DNA of 64,000 nt from a virus. The DNA lies in IMG/VR virus record IMGVR_UViG_3300036832_000455, positions 3,274 through 67,273 of that record; one strand, given 5' to 3'. A program made the translations under genes and the position numbers. This document shows, in pieces, positions 38,035-47,025 of this stretch. The notes under the pieces were generated by a model. It searched no databases and had not been told where the DNA came from. It was given only the letters and a program-made list of their open reading frames with translations. Position 1 is the stretch's first letter, and every line of letters starts with the position of its first letter.

Positions 38035-38972
38035 GTGCAACTACTCCCAAACCCTTTCGGCCGATGTTGGCATTCGATGCTGACGTCAGCTACTACACCG
38101 AGTACCTTGAACGGGAAGGGACTGCCTACTGGGTCTCACCCAAGATCGACGGCATCAGAGCCATCGTCAGAGACGGTAAGCTGTACTCGCGGACGATGAA
38201 GCTGATCCGTAACGCACACACGCAACGGCTGTTCGGGAAACCTGAGTACGAAGGGCTCGACGGTGAACTTGTAGTTGGCGACCCTTATGGCGAGGGTGTA
38301 TTCGCTCGAACTACCAGCGGCGTGATGTCAATGGACGGTACCCCCGACGTACGTTATTACGTGTTCGATGACATCACCAGCAGAGCGGACTTCATCGAGC
38401 GTCACAAGTCGATCACACACAGACGCACCTACAACTTTCCAGCCGGCGGCCCACACCGTATAGAGTTGGTACAGCAGGTGATCATTTACAGTCCTGACGA
38501 GCTTCAGAGGGCAGAGGAGGAGTTCGTCAAGTGGGGATATGAGGGAGTCATCATCAGAACTCCTCATGCACCCTACAAGCAAGGTAGAAGTACCCCGAAG
38601 GAAGGGTACATGGGGAAGCTGAAGCGCTTCAAAGACTCGGAAGCCGTCATCACTGGTTTCGAGGAGATGATGCACAATGACAATCCCGCCACTAGAGACG
38701 CCCGAGGGTTTACCGCCAGAAGCTCACACCTTGCTGGTCAACGTCCTGCGGGGATGCTTGGAACTCTGCGAGTACAAGATGCCGCCAATGAAGCCTGGGT
38801 TTTTGGAATTGGGAGTGGATTTGACCATGACCTCAGGCAAAAGATATGGGCTAACCGTGAAGCTTATACCGGAAAAATCGTTCGGTATAAGTATCTTCAG
38901 GTTGGAATGATAGACGTCCCACGCCACCCAATCTTCACAGGCTTCAGGGATCCGGAGGATATCAGTACATGA
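38031..38972 (+). CDS. ATP-dependent DNA ligase
   Basis: KIDGIR motif I, LDGEL, YVFD, GYEGVIIR, KLK, IGSGF, PRHPIF. Confidence 0.92.
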   Translation: MSATTPKPFRPMLAFDADVSYYTEYLEREGTAYWVSPKIDGIRAIVRDGKLYSRTMKLIRNAHTQRLFGKPEYEGLDGELVVGDPYGEGVFARTTSGVMSMDGTPDVRYYVFDDITSRADFIERHKSITHRRTYNFPAGGPHRIELVQQVIIYSPDELQRAEEEFVKWGYEGVIIRTPHAPYKQGRSTPKEGYMGKLKRFKDSEAVITGFEEMMHNDNPATRDARGFTARSSHLAGQRPAGMLGTLRVQDAANEAWVFGIGSGFDHDLRQKIWANREAYTGKIVRYKYLQVGMIDVPRHPIFTGFRDPEDIST

Positions 38973-39217
38973 TCAAGGCGGCAGCCAAAGGCATCGACGG
39001 ACGTGAGCTACTAATCCTAGGGCTCACCTTCGCCAACCTCAAAAAGTTCCAGGAAGCTCCTCTCGACACGTACATCAAGATCGACGGCAAAGAGTTGGGC
39101 TTAAACGTGGACGTGACGATCTTCTCTTGCCAGACTGAAGCGCACGGAGCCGAGCTCATGAAGGAGTTCATCAACGCCAACACTAAGGTTACCACTAGTG
39201 ACAGGCTGAAAAACTGA
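38969..39217 (+). CDS. hypothetical protein, paralog of 37254-37514
   Basis: LILGLTFANL...IFSCQTEAH. Confidence 0.55.
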   Translation: MIKAAAKGIDGRELLILGLTFANLKKFQEAPLDTYIKIDGKELGLNVDVTIFSCQTEAHGAELMKEFINANTKVTTSDRLKN

Positions 39218-39425
39218 TGACCAGGAGAAGAAACATAATGATGGTAGGCGATCTGGGAGACGTCAGGAGGATAATTGACGGAATGCCTATGAGCACGCCG
39301 TGTGAAAGCATCGAGCTGACGGACATAGAGTTCGTCGTGATCGTAGACAGTAAAGGAGTAGCACAACGCATACCGAGTAAGACGACTCGCATGCTGATCT
39401 TCTACGTGGAGATACCCTTATCATC

Positions 39426-40820
39426 ATGAAGGATCCCTGGAAGTCCCAAACCGAAGCGGCCGACTGGGCTGTAAAGGTAGCCAAAGGGCGGGCTATCATC
39501 GCCGACGAGATGGGTCTAGGCAAGACCGGAGAAGTCTATCTAGCCTGGAAATCTCTAGGCCATCCGCAGCCTTGTCTCATACTTGCAGGTGTCAACGCTC
39601 AAGTAGCTTGGATCAGACAGGCTCATGACTGGGGCGTACCAGCTCCTATCAGGATCCATGGAACTGCCGCACAGCGTAGAGCCTTGTGGAAAGTCCATGG
39701 ACGTGGCTTTATGATTGTTACCCGCGAGAGTCTGAGGAACGACATAGCCAGTGGGTGGGTTGATCCTACCACTTTCTTATGCGTGATCTCTGACGAGGCG
39801 CACAAGGATTCGAACCGCAAGACTAAGAATTTCCGCCAGCTCAAAAGCATCACACGCTTGGCAAAGTACATCTTCTTAGCCTCTGGCAGCGTGATGCGTA
39901 AAGGACCTCCAGGCATATGGGGGCTACTAAACACGATCGCACCTCACAGATACGGCTCCTACTGGCGATTCGTGGAACAATACTGTTGGGTTGACAAGGA
40001 GGGAATATTTGGCTGGGAGATAATAGGGCCCAAGGACGAAAAGCTGTTCAAGATGGAAATGGCTAACATCATGATCGCCAGGACTAAAAAGGACGTGAAG
40101 CCAGACATGCCGCCTAAGGTACGTGATCTGGACAACAACATCGTGTACATGCAGACTAAACAGGCACAACTCTACAACAAGATCGCTACTGACATGATGG
40201 CCGATCTACCTACTAATGGTATGCTAGTGGCACAGAACGTACTAACACAGCTTATCAGACTAAGACAGGTCTTAATTAGTCCTAAGATTCTGGACGAGGA
40301 GCTAGAGTATGGAAGCGCTATTGAGAGACTCGTGGAACTACTCGACGAGTCTGGCGACCAACATATGGTCGTCTTCAGTCCTTTCACATCGGCCCTGCCT
40401 ATTGTACGCCGCCGCCTCATTGAGACAGGAATTCCCGATGGATCTATCATACAGCTCTCCGGCGGATTGTCTTTTCAGGACCTTATGCAACGAATCGCTC
40501 ACTTCAGGGAAGTACGTGGAGTCGCTCTGTGCAGCATCCGATATGCTGAGTCATTTGATCTCACACCTGCCACCTGGGGAGTCTTCCTGGGATACGAGTG
40601 GGACGCCTGGGACAATCTGCAGGCTGAAGATCGTCTGCACAGAGGGGAAATCACTGACCCCATTAACCTGTACTACATCAGGCACGAATATGGTATCGAT
40701 AGCGAGCTCATGCTACCCGCACTCGACACGAAAGCGAACAACGCGATGACCTACCTGACGGACATTGATAAGGTCCGCCGTGCCCTTATGGCTGCCAAGA
40801 CGAAAACCGTACACACTTAA
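39426..40820 (+). CDS. SNF2-family helicase
   Basis: IIADEMGLGKT, SDEAHK, QAEDRLHR. Confidence 0.88.
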   Translation: MKDPWKSQTEAADWAVKVAKGRAIIADEMGLGKTGEVYLAWKSLGHPQPCLILAGVNAQVAWIRQAHDWGVPAPIRIHGTAAQRRALWKVHGRGFMIVTRESLRNDIASGWVDPTTFLCVISDEAHKDSNRKTKNFRQLKSITRLAKYIFLASGSVMRKGPPGIWGLLNTIAPHRYGSYWRFVEQYCWVDKEGIFGWEIIGPKDEKLFKMEMANIMIARTKKDVKPDMPPKVRDLDNNIVYMQTKQAQLYNKIATDMMADLPTNGMLVAQNVLTQLIRLRQVLISPKILDEELEYGSAIERLVELLDESGDQHMVVFSPFTSALPIVRRRLIETGIPDGSIIQLSGGLSFQDLMQRIAHFREVRGVALCSIRYAESFDLTPATWGVFLGYEWDAWDNLQAEDRLHRGEITDPINLYYIRHEYGIDSELMLPALDTKANNAMTYLTDIDKVRRALMAAKTKTVHT

Positions 40821-40847
40821 TGAACGACTATTGCAAAATAATTTAGG

Positions 40848-40897
40848 GTCGACCATCATTTGGACACTTGATTCCCCTATGTGCTTTGTGTTATAAT
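40848..40897 (+). promoter_or_regulatory. conserved phage promoter P10
   Basis: GTCGACCATCATTTGGACAC-TTGATT-N18-TATAAT. Confidence 0.8.
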
Positions 40898-40950
40898 CAA
40901 TGCATAGATAAGGGCACATAGGCAACTACAGCTAGGGGAAACCACAACCG

Positions 40951-42174
40951 ATGAATGAGTTCCTGATAGATGACGACTCATTCTCTAGCCTGTTACCAAG
41001 CTCCTACAGATCCACGCCTGACCGTGTGGCGCTAATCAGAACTAGCGACCGCGGTACCTTCAGGCGTTGCAGGCGTAAGTTCAATTGGTGGTACGTCCAT
41101 CGAAACAACTTGACGGTCAAAGAACCGCCAGGCTATTACTGGTTCGGAACTGGATTCCACTTCGCACTCGAAGACTATCACGGCTACAGACGCTTCGACA
41201 GCCCCGCCGATGCCTTCAGGGCATATGTAGATGCGACCAAGAGAACCCCTAGCTACCCTCCTCCGTCTGATTACGAGGAGATGACCCAACTCGGCATAGG
41301 CATGCTGGACTACTACGAGGAGTGGTTGGATGCCCGTGGCTCGATGGTTACGCTCGAAGTGGGCGGAGTACCACAGGTGGAGGTTAACTTCCAAATACCG
41401 ATACCTCTGGACCCGGACCTTCTGGCAAGATATGGGTTTGATCGTGCTGTGTATTGCGGCACTATTGATCGTGTTGTGGTCGACGAACTAGGACAACTAT
41501 GGCCAGGAGATTACAAGACAGCCAAGCAGTTCCCTGACGGTAAGCATCTGGATACGGACCCACAGATCTCTGCCTACTGTTGGGCTGCACAGCACATCTA
41601 CAACATGCCCATTGGCGGCTTCTTCTACATGCAGTTCAAAAAGAGTCTACCCCACGAGCCTGCATTCCTCAAGTCCACTAGCATGTTCAGCGTGGCAAAG
41701 AATCAGAACACAACGTATGCGCTGTACAAGAAGTCGCTCGTGAACGCCTATGGCTCCGTAGACAATGCACCCAGGCCTAACCAGCAGTTCTTAACCCTGC
41801 TATCAACGCAGGAGAACGAGAGGGCTGACGCTCAGATCAAGTTCGATACGGTCGAGCGTAACGCCTGTCAGATCGAAGCTGAGGGTCATAAGATCCTAGC
41901 CGAAGCTACCGAAATGCTGAATCCTGACCTGCCGCTATATCCCAATCCCACACGAGACTGTTCGTGGGACTGTGGATTCAGGATAGCCTGTATCGACCTG
42001 GATAGCGGCCTTGATTGGCAACATGAGCTCGAGCTGAGCACTCAAGACAGAGAAGAGGAGACCATAACGTGGCGACAGAGAGTGAAGTATCCTCAGGAGG
42101 AACAGCTGTACCTACCGAGGCACAATCGCAGCCTACGAACACCTCGCAAGCGGATTCAAATCCGTCAGCGTTGA
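40951..42174 (+). CDS. PD-(D/E)XK Cas4-like exonuclease
   Basis: FRRCRRK, FGTGFH, GTIDRV, DYKT, QISAY, C-terminal CSWDCGFRIAC. Confidence 0.8.
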   Translation: MNEFLIDDDSFSSLLPSSYRSTPDRVALIRTSDRGTFRRCRRKFNWWYVHRNNLTVKEPPGYYWFGTGFHFALEDYHGYRRFDSPADAFRAYVDATKRTPSYPPPSDYEEMTQLGIGMLDYYEEWLDARGSMVTLEVGGVPQVEVNFQIPIPLDPDLLARYGFDRAVYCGTIDRVVVDELGQLWPGDYKTAKQFPDGKHLDTDPQISAYCWAAQHIYNMPIGGFFYMQFKKSLPHEPAFLKSTSMFSVAKNQNTTYALYKKSLVNAYGSVDNAPRPNQQFLTLLSTQENERADAQIKFDTVERNACQIEAEGHKILAEATEMLNPDLPLYPNPTRDCSWDCGFRIACIDLDSGLDWQHELELSTQDREEETITWRQRVKYPQEEQLYLPRHNRSLRTPRKRIQIRQR

Positions 42175-43241
42175 AGCCAGGTGCAGTTGTCAGAGCAGCA
42201 GGCGGTAGCGCAGTATCGACTACTGCTCCGCCAGATAAGGTCAACCCGTCAACGCCTGCAGACGGCAAAACAAGGACGGCTGGTGGTATCAGTTCTACAG
42301 CGACTACTGCTGCAGCCTCAATCACGCAACCGGCAGGAACTACATCCAACCCAGGCTTCGTTATTCCTGTTAAGCGACCGTCGTTACCCTATCTCAAGGC
42401 ACTATTCTACGGAGAGTACGGAGCAGGAAAGACGCACCTCTGCGGGACTAGCATCTCGGTACAGGGGATGAACGATGTGCTGATGATCTCAGCCGAGGGA
42501 GGTGATCTGACGCTACACGATCCTGACGAGCAGCATGACTTCGACAAGATCGATGTCACGAAGGTTACGGACTATAAGACCGTAGCACGTGTGTACGATT
42601 ACCTCAAAGCGCATTGCGCCGTACGTGACAAGCCCGACGAAGAATCACAAGCCCGACTACTGCGTCTGCAGAAGATCGTCATGCCAGACATGAGCGAACT
42701 GGACCGCGTGCGCCGTTACAGGACGGTCATCATCGACAGTCTGACAGAGGTCGAAGCCTACTGCATGAACCAGCTGACGGGCGTAAACGATGCCACTCGT
42801 ATGGACGAAGAAGTGAGCTCCCCCGAGTGGGCACAGTATCGTCAGCAGCATACAATGCTTCAACGGCTCATCCGTAACTTCCGGGACCTTCCAATGCATG
42901 TGCTATTCACAGCGGCGAGAGGTTACATCCAGGATGAACTGAAGCGCCAGTTGTTCTCGCCTATGATGACAGGTAAGCTTAGCTCGAACATCCAAGGCTT
43001 TATGGACGTAGTTGGCTACCTCGTCATAGGCCAAGCAGAAGACGACAGACCGGCTCCGCGGCGGCTGTACGTTCAGCCTGCAGCTCGTTTCGCAGCGAAG
43101 TGCAGGCTTAAGGGATTCCGCGGTGCCTACTTCGACGATCCCACTATGGGTCAGATTCTGACACGTAGTGGATTGTTGAAAGCAGCAGTACCTCAACCAA
43201 CACGGGTAGAGCCTGCTGCCATGACGAAGGTGACAGCCTAA
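42069..43241 (+). CDS. Sak4-like AAA_24 ssDNA-annealing ATPase
   Basis: YGEYGAGKT, TVIIDSLTE, DVVGYL; start uncertain. Confidence 0.75.
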   Translation: MATESEVSSGGTAVPTEAQSQPTNTSQADSNPSALKPGAVVRAAGGSAVSTTAPPDKVNPSTPADGKTRTAGGISSTATTAAASITQPAGTTSNPGFVIPVKRPSLPYLKALFYGEYGAGKTHLCGTSISVQGMNDVLMISAEGGDLTLHDPDEQHDFDKIDVTKVTDYKTVARVYDYLKAHCAVRDKPDEESQARLLRLQKIVMPDMSELDRVRRYRTVIIDSLTEVEAYCMNQLTGVNDATRMDEEVSSPEWAQYRQQHTMLQRLIRNFRDLPMHVLFTAARGYIQDELKRQLFSPMMTGKLSSNIQGFMDVVGYLVIGQAEDDRPAPRRLYVQPAARFAAKCRLKGFRGAYFDDPTMGQILTRSGLLKAAVPQPTRVEPAAMTKVTA

Positions 43242-43297
43242 CACCTCAACCTAAGGCTAGGCCTTAACGGCACTAGAAACAGGAGAAACACACTACC

Positions 43298-43798
43298 ATG
43301 AGTGATACTTTTGAAGAGAATGCAGGTCTCACAACGGAGGATTCGGGTGAGACTCTGTACGTCAGTCTTGGTGACGTAGATGATTCCGGCTTCAAGCCGG
43401 TGCCGAGAGGCATCTACGATGTCTCGCTGTCTCAGCTCGACTACGGGTTCAGCCAGCGGAGCAACAACCCGATGTGGACGTGGATATGGGAGGTTGACGA
43501 AGGCGAGTTCGCCGGACGCAAGTTCTTCTATCACACGGTCTTCAACGAGGGCGGTATGCCGCGAGTCAAGCGGACACTAGCCCGCATCAAGACTGACGAT
43601 GGGATCGAGGCACAGATCCTCGCAGCCCCACGCTTCTCGCCAGAGGCCGTTGCCAACGAGGGACAGCTCCTGGGAGCACGTGCACGTCTGCGGATCGACA
43701 TCCGCAAGTACGAGGGACAGAACCGTAACAACGTTCGTGACGTTCTGCCGCCTCAGAGCGCTGGTGGAGGCGGACAGTCCGGCTTCGCTGGAGTCTAA
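43298..43798 (+). CDS. DUF669-like single-stranded DNA-binding protein
   Basis: FKPVPRGIY...GEFAGRKFF...YEGQNRNNVR; typical partner of Sak4. Confidence 0.7.
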   Translation: MSDTFEENAGLTTEDSGETLYVSLGDVDDSGFKPVPRGIYDVSLSQLDYGFSQRSNNPMWTWIWEVDEGEFAGRKFFYHTVFNEGGMPRVKRTLARIKTDDGIEAQILAAPRFSPEAVANEGQLLGARARLRIDIRKYEGQNRNNVRDVLPPQSAGGGGQSGFAGV

Positions 43799-43810
43799 CG
43801 ACTACACACG

Positions 43811-43843
43811 GAGGGCGTCCATCACTGGACGCCCTCTCTTTTT
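43811..43843 (+). terminator. intrinsic terminator just upstream of queC
   Basis: GAGGGCGTCCA-TCAC-TGGACGCCCTC-TCTTTTT. Confidence 0.75.
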
Positions 43844-43861
43844 GGGAAGGGTGAATACAAA

Positions 43862-44584
43862 ATGATGACGACAAGGGCGTACGTACTGCATAGCGGGGGT
43901 GTCGACAGCAGCACCGCTCTAGCGATGGCCTTAAAGTCACCAGCCGAAAAGGTCATCAGCGTCTCGATCAACTACGGTCAGCGTCACTCAAAAGAGATCG
44001 CCTATGCCAAGAGACTATGCGAACATCTTAATGTTGAGCATATGACGGTCGATATGGCACCGCCCCCAAAGTCCATGCTCACGGATCCATCATCAGCCGT
44101 CCCCAAGATGTCGTACGCCGAAATCCAAGGCATGTCTCCTACTTATGTCCCATTTCGTAACGGCCAACTCTTATCGCGCATAGCTGGCATCGCTCAGGGA
44201 TGGGTGATGGGAGAAGGCCAAGAGTGGGATGAGGAGCGCAATGCCACAATTTGGTTTGGAGCGCATGCGGAAGATGCACAGAACTGGGCGTATCCTGATT
44301 GCACGCCAGAGTTCATAGGGTCGATGGCCAGTGCAATCTACATTGGTACATACCACAAGGTACGACTGGTCGCTCCGTTCCAGCATATGACGAAGGACGA
44401 GATCGTCGACGTAGGTGACAGAGTGCTCAAGATCCCATACGAGATGACTTGGAGCTGCTACAAGGGAGAGGAGCTTCATTGTGGTACATGCCCAACATGC
44501 ATCGCTCGCAAGGAGGCCTTCCACAAAGCTGGCGTATACGATCTCACCCAGTACGCTGACGCACAACACCTTCAGCTTGATTGA
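43862..44584 (+). CDS. queC: 7-cyano-7-deazaguanine synthase
   Basis: SGGVDSS, YGQRH, TYVPFRN, YPDC, TWSCY...HCGTCPTC. Confidence 0.95.
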   Translation: MMTTRAYVLHSGGVDSSTALAMALKSPAEKVISVSINYGQRHSKEIAYAKRLCEHLNVEHMTVDMAPPPKSMLTDPSSAVPKMSYAEIQGMSPTYVPFRNGQLLSRIAGIAQGWVMGEGQEWDEERNATIWFGAHAEDAQNWAYPDCTPEFIGSMASAIYIGTYHKVRLVAPFQHMTKDEIVDVGDRVLKIPYEMTWSCYKGEELHCGTCPTCIARKEAFHKAGVYDLTQYADAQHLQLD

Positions 44585-44700
44585 GGTCAGCTGGTCAGCA
44601 CCACCGCCTAAGAGCTGCTACTTTCCATCACGCGCCGCCGCTGTAGAGACAGTGGCAGCTCTGTGGAGCGAAGGTGGAATGTCACTAGAGGGGGCATGGA

Positions 44701-45240
44701 ATGTCGTACAGTATCCGCCGGACAATTGAGATCGACATGGGCCATCGTGTGCATACACATGGCAGCAAGTGCTGGAACTTACACGGACACAGATACGTCA
44801 TCGAAGCAGAAGTCCGCTCAATCGAGCTCCAACATCAAGGCCACCAGACAGGGATGGTAATGGACTTCGGCTTCCTGAAAGAGTTCATGATGCAGCAGAT
44901 CCACAACTTCTGCGACCACGGGCTCTGCATGAGTATTGACGATCCTTGGCTAGCTCGGATGCTCCCCTTTTCGTCCCACCTATACGATAGGGCAAAAGAA
45001 GTAGTAGCGTCGGAAGGCTGGTACCACGTTGAAGAGCACCGTAAGGATAACCAGACTAAGCTCTTGATCATACCGTTCATCCCTACGGCTGAGAACCTAG
45101 CAGAGTTCTGGTTCAAGCGGCTGAAACTGCCCATTACACAATATCATCCCAACGTCACTCTGGAGAAGATGTACGTATGGGAGACGCCCAATAGTGTGGC
45201 GATATACCCTACTCGAGCAACCCCGTATGCAGAGGTATGA
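44701..45240 (+). CDS. queD: 6-carboxytetrahydropterin synthase
   Basis: MGHRV..KCWNLHGHRY, MVMDFG, DH, PTAENLA, WETP. Confidence 0.92.
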   Translation: MSYSIRRTIEIDMGHRVHTHGSKCWNLHGHRYVIEAEVRSIELQHQGHQTGMVMDFGFLKEFMMQQIHNFCDHGLCMSIDDPWLARMLPFSSHLYDRAKEVVASEGWYHVEEHRKDNQTKLLIIPFIPTAENLAEFWFKRLKLPITQYHPNVTLEKMYVWETPNSVAIYPTRATPYAEV

Positions 45241-45241
45241 G

Positions 45242-45970
45242 ATGCCTGATAAGTTCCTCGTGTCCGAGATATTCGGACCTACCATACAAGGAGAGGGCGC
45301 GCTTATTGGGCAAACGAGCCATTTTGTCCGATTCGCAGGTTGCAGCTATCGCTGCATATGGTGCGACAGCATGCACGCTGTGGACCCAGATCTCATACAC
45401 CAAACTGCGGAACGGCTCGACACGGATGAGATCATAACGAGACTCAAAGACTTACCTAACTCCTACTTTGCCCAGTGGGTCACGCTGAGCGGAGGAGATC
45501 CAGTCCATTGGGATCTGGACGATCTGGTAAGCTTAATGCCGGACACTCTGAAGATAGCCGTAGAGACGCAAGGGGCGTTCTATAAGCCATGGCTCAGAGA
45601 TTGTGAGCTGGTTACTTGTAGCCCTAAGCCACCATCCTCAGGTATGTCGAACCGAACCGACTACGCAGTCCTCGACGAATATGTCCATAAACTCGAGCGC
45701 CTGGTTTTCAAGGTCGTGATCTTTGACGAGGACGATCTAGAGTTTGCCATACGCATTCACCTGAGGTATCCAAACACTCCGTTCTATCTTTCGTCTGGTA
45801 CGCCAGTACACGATAATGAACGTAATGGGTTCCTCATGACCGAAGAAGTCATGGAACGATACCGATGGCTTGTCGAAACGTTACTGCGCATAGACTGCCG
45901 CGACCTGTGGGATGTTACAGTGCTGCCGCAGATGCACTCAATGATCTGGGGAAACAAGAAGGGCAAATAG
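45242..45970 (+). CDS. queE: 7-carboxy-7-deazaguanine synthase (radical SAM)
   Basis: EIFGPTIQGEG, CSYRCIWCDS, TLSGGDP, ETQG, SPKPPSS, LPQMH. Confidence 0.93.
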   Translation: MPDKFLVSEIFGPTIQGEGALIGQTSHFVRFAGCSYRCIWCDSMHAVDPDLIHQTAERLDTDEIITRLKDLPNSYFAQWVTLSGGDPVHWDLDDLVSLMPDTLKIAVETQGAFYKPWLRDCELVTCSPKPPSSGMSNRTDYAVLDEYVHKLERLVFKVVIFDEDDLEFAIRIHLRYPNTPFYLSSGTPVHDNERNGFLMTEEVMERYRWLVETLLRIDCRDLWDVTVLPQMHSMIWGNKKGK

Positions 45971-45980
45971 GGAAACGAAC

Positions 45981-46583
45981 ATGCACGATCTTTTGGAAGA
46001 CATGACTGATCTGCCACTGGACCTTGAGAGCATCGTCAGGCTGTTACTGAAGAAGACCTACAAGTACAAGCTCACATCGGAAGCGTACGAGAAGACCCCA
46101 CAAAGGGTGCTACGGTACCTGCAGGAGTTCAACCAGGACTTCGACGTAACCCAAGTACTGGGAGAGATGTTCGAAGGCCCTATGGTTGAGGGCATCCATG
46201 GACTTGTCGTGCAAAGTAATATCCCGTTCCGAATGATGTGCGAGCACCATTTACTCCCGGCAACTGGTAGTGCCTACCTGGGCTACATCCCAGACGGTCA
46301 AGTCGTGGGCTTATCAAAGCTAGCACGACTAGTCGACGCGGTCGCAACTCACAAGCCTAGCATGCAGGAGAGGATCTGCGAGGAGATTGCCAACATCCTC
46401 GACAAACACACCCATGCAAAGGGGGTCATCTGTGTTATTGATTCCATGCACACTTGTATGGCTTGCCGCGGCATCAATACACCTGAAGTGGTCTCCACCA
46501 CCTCCTGCGTGCGAGGGGTGTTTCGAGACGTGCCAGCTGCTCGTAGCGAGTTCTTCAGCATCATCAACCGAGCCAGAAAGTAG
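45981..46583 (+). CDS. folE: GTP cyclohydrolase I
   Basis: TPQRV, CEHHLLP, GLSKLARLV, QERI, HTCMACRG. Confidence 0.93.
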   Translation: MHDLLEDMTDLPLDLESIVRLLLKKTYKYKLTSEAYEKTPQRVLRYLQEFNQDFDVTQVLGEMFEGPMVEGIHGLVVQSNIPFRMMCEHHLLPATGSAYLGYIPDGQVVGLSKLARLVDAVATHKPSMQERICEEIANILDKHTHAKGVICVIDSMHTCMACRGINTPEVVSTTSCVRGVFRDVPAARSEFFSIINRARK

Positions 46584-46592
46584 GAGCAACAC

Positions 46593-46823
46593 ATGTCAGA
46601 TCGTATCGACTCAACCTCGGATCGGCGGACGGAAAACAACGTGATGCGTCACGAGTATCGGATCCTGAGCGATCCCGAGAAGCAACAAATGCAGAACATC
46701 AAAGACATGGGTGTAGCCTTCTACAAGGCTGTCCACGATCTGGGGGAGACCAGAGAAGTTTCATTGGCTAAGACCAAGATCGAAGAGGCTGTGATGTGGG
46801 CTGTGAAGCACATAACTAAGTAA
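46593..46823 (+). CDS. Acb2/Tad1-like cyclic-nucleotide sponge (anti-CBASS/Thoeris candidate)
   Basis: YRILSDPEKQQMQNIKDMG resembles Acb2 YRDLSQEEIDMMNRVKELG; REVSLAKTKIEEAVMWA hairpin helix. Confidence 0.65.
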   Translation: MSDRIDSTSDRRTENNVMRHEYRILSDPEKQQMQNIKDMGVAFYKAVHDLGETREVSLAKTKIEEAVMWAVKHITK

Positions 46824-46836
46824 GGGTAACACGGCA

Positions 46837-47022
46837 ATGCCAGAACGTAAAAGAGAGCTCTGTGACATCGGAGGGGAAATCATGTTCGAGACAGAGAAGG
46901 CCTACAGGTTCTACGATGGCGGCAAGGAAGAATGGCTCCCTAAGAGCCAGTGCGAATGGGACCCTGACAGCAAGACTATGACGATGCCTGAGTGGCTCGC
47001 CAAAGAGAAGGGGTTCATATAA
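46837..47022 (+). CDS. small conserved phage protein
   Basis: ETEKA..DG..EWLPKSQ...MPEWLAKEKG pattern common in phage hypotheticals. Confidence 0.6.
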   Translation: MPERKRELCDIGGEIMFETEKAYRFYDGGKEEWLPKSQCEWDPDSKTMTMPEWLAKEKGFI

Positions 47023-47025
47023 GCA

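Noticed and set aside
40951-42174. Cas4-like gene as evidence of CRISPR-Cas
   Set aside because: Its context (Sak4, SSB, SNF2) is a standard phage recombination module.
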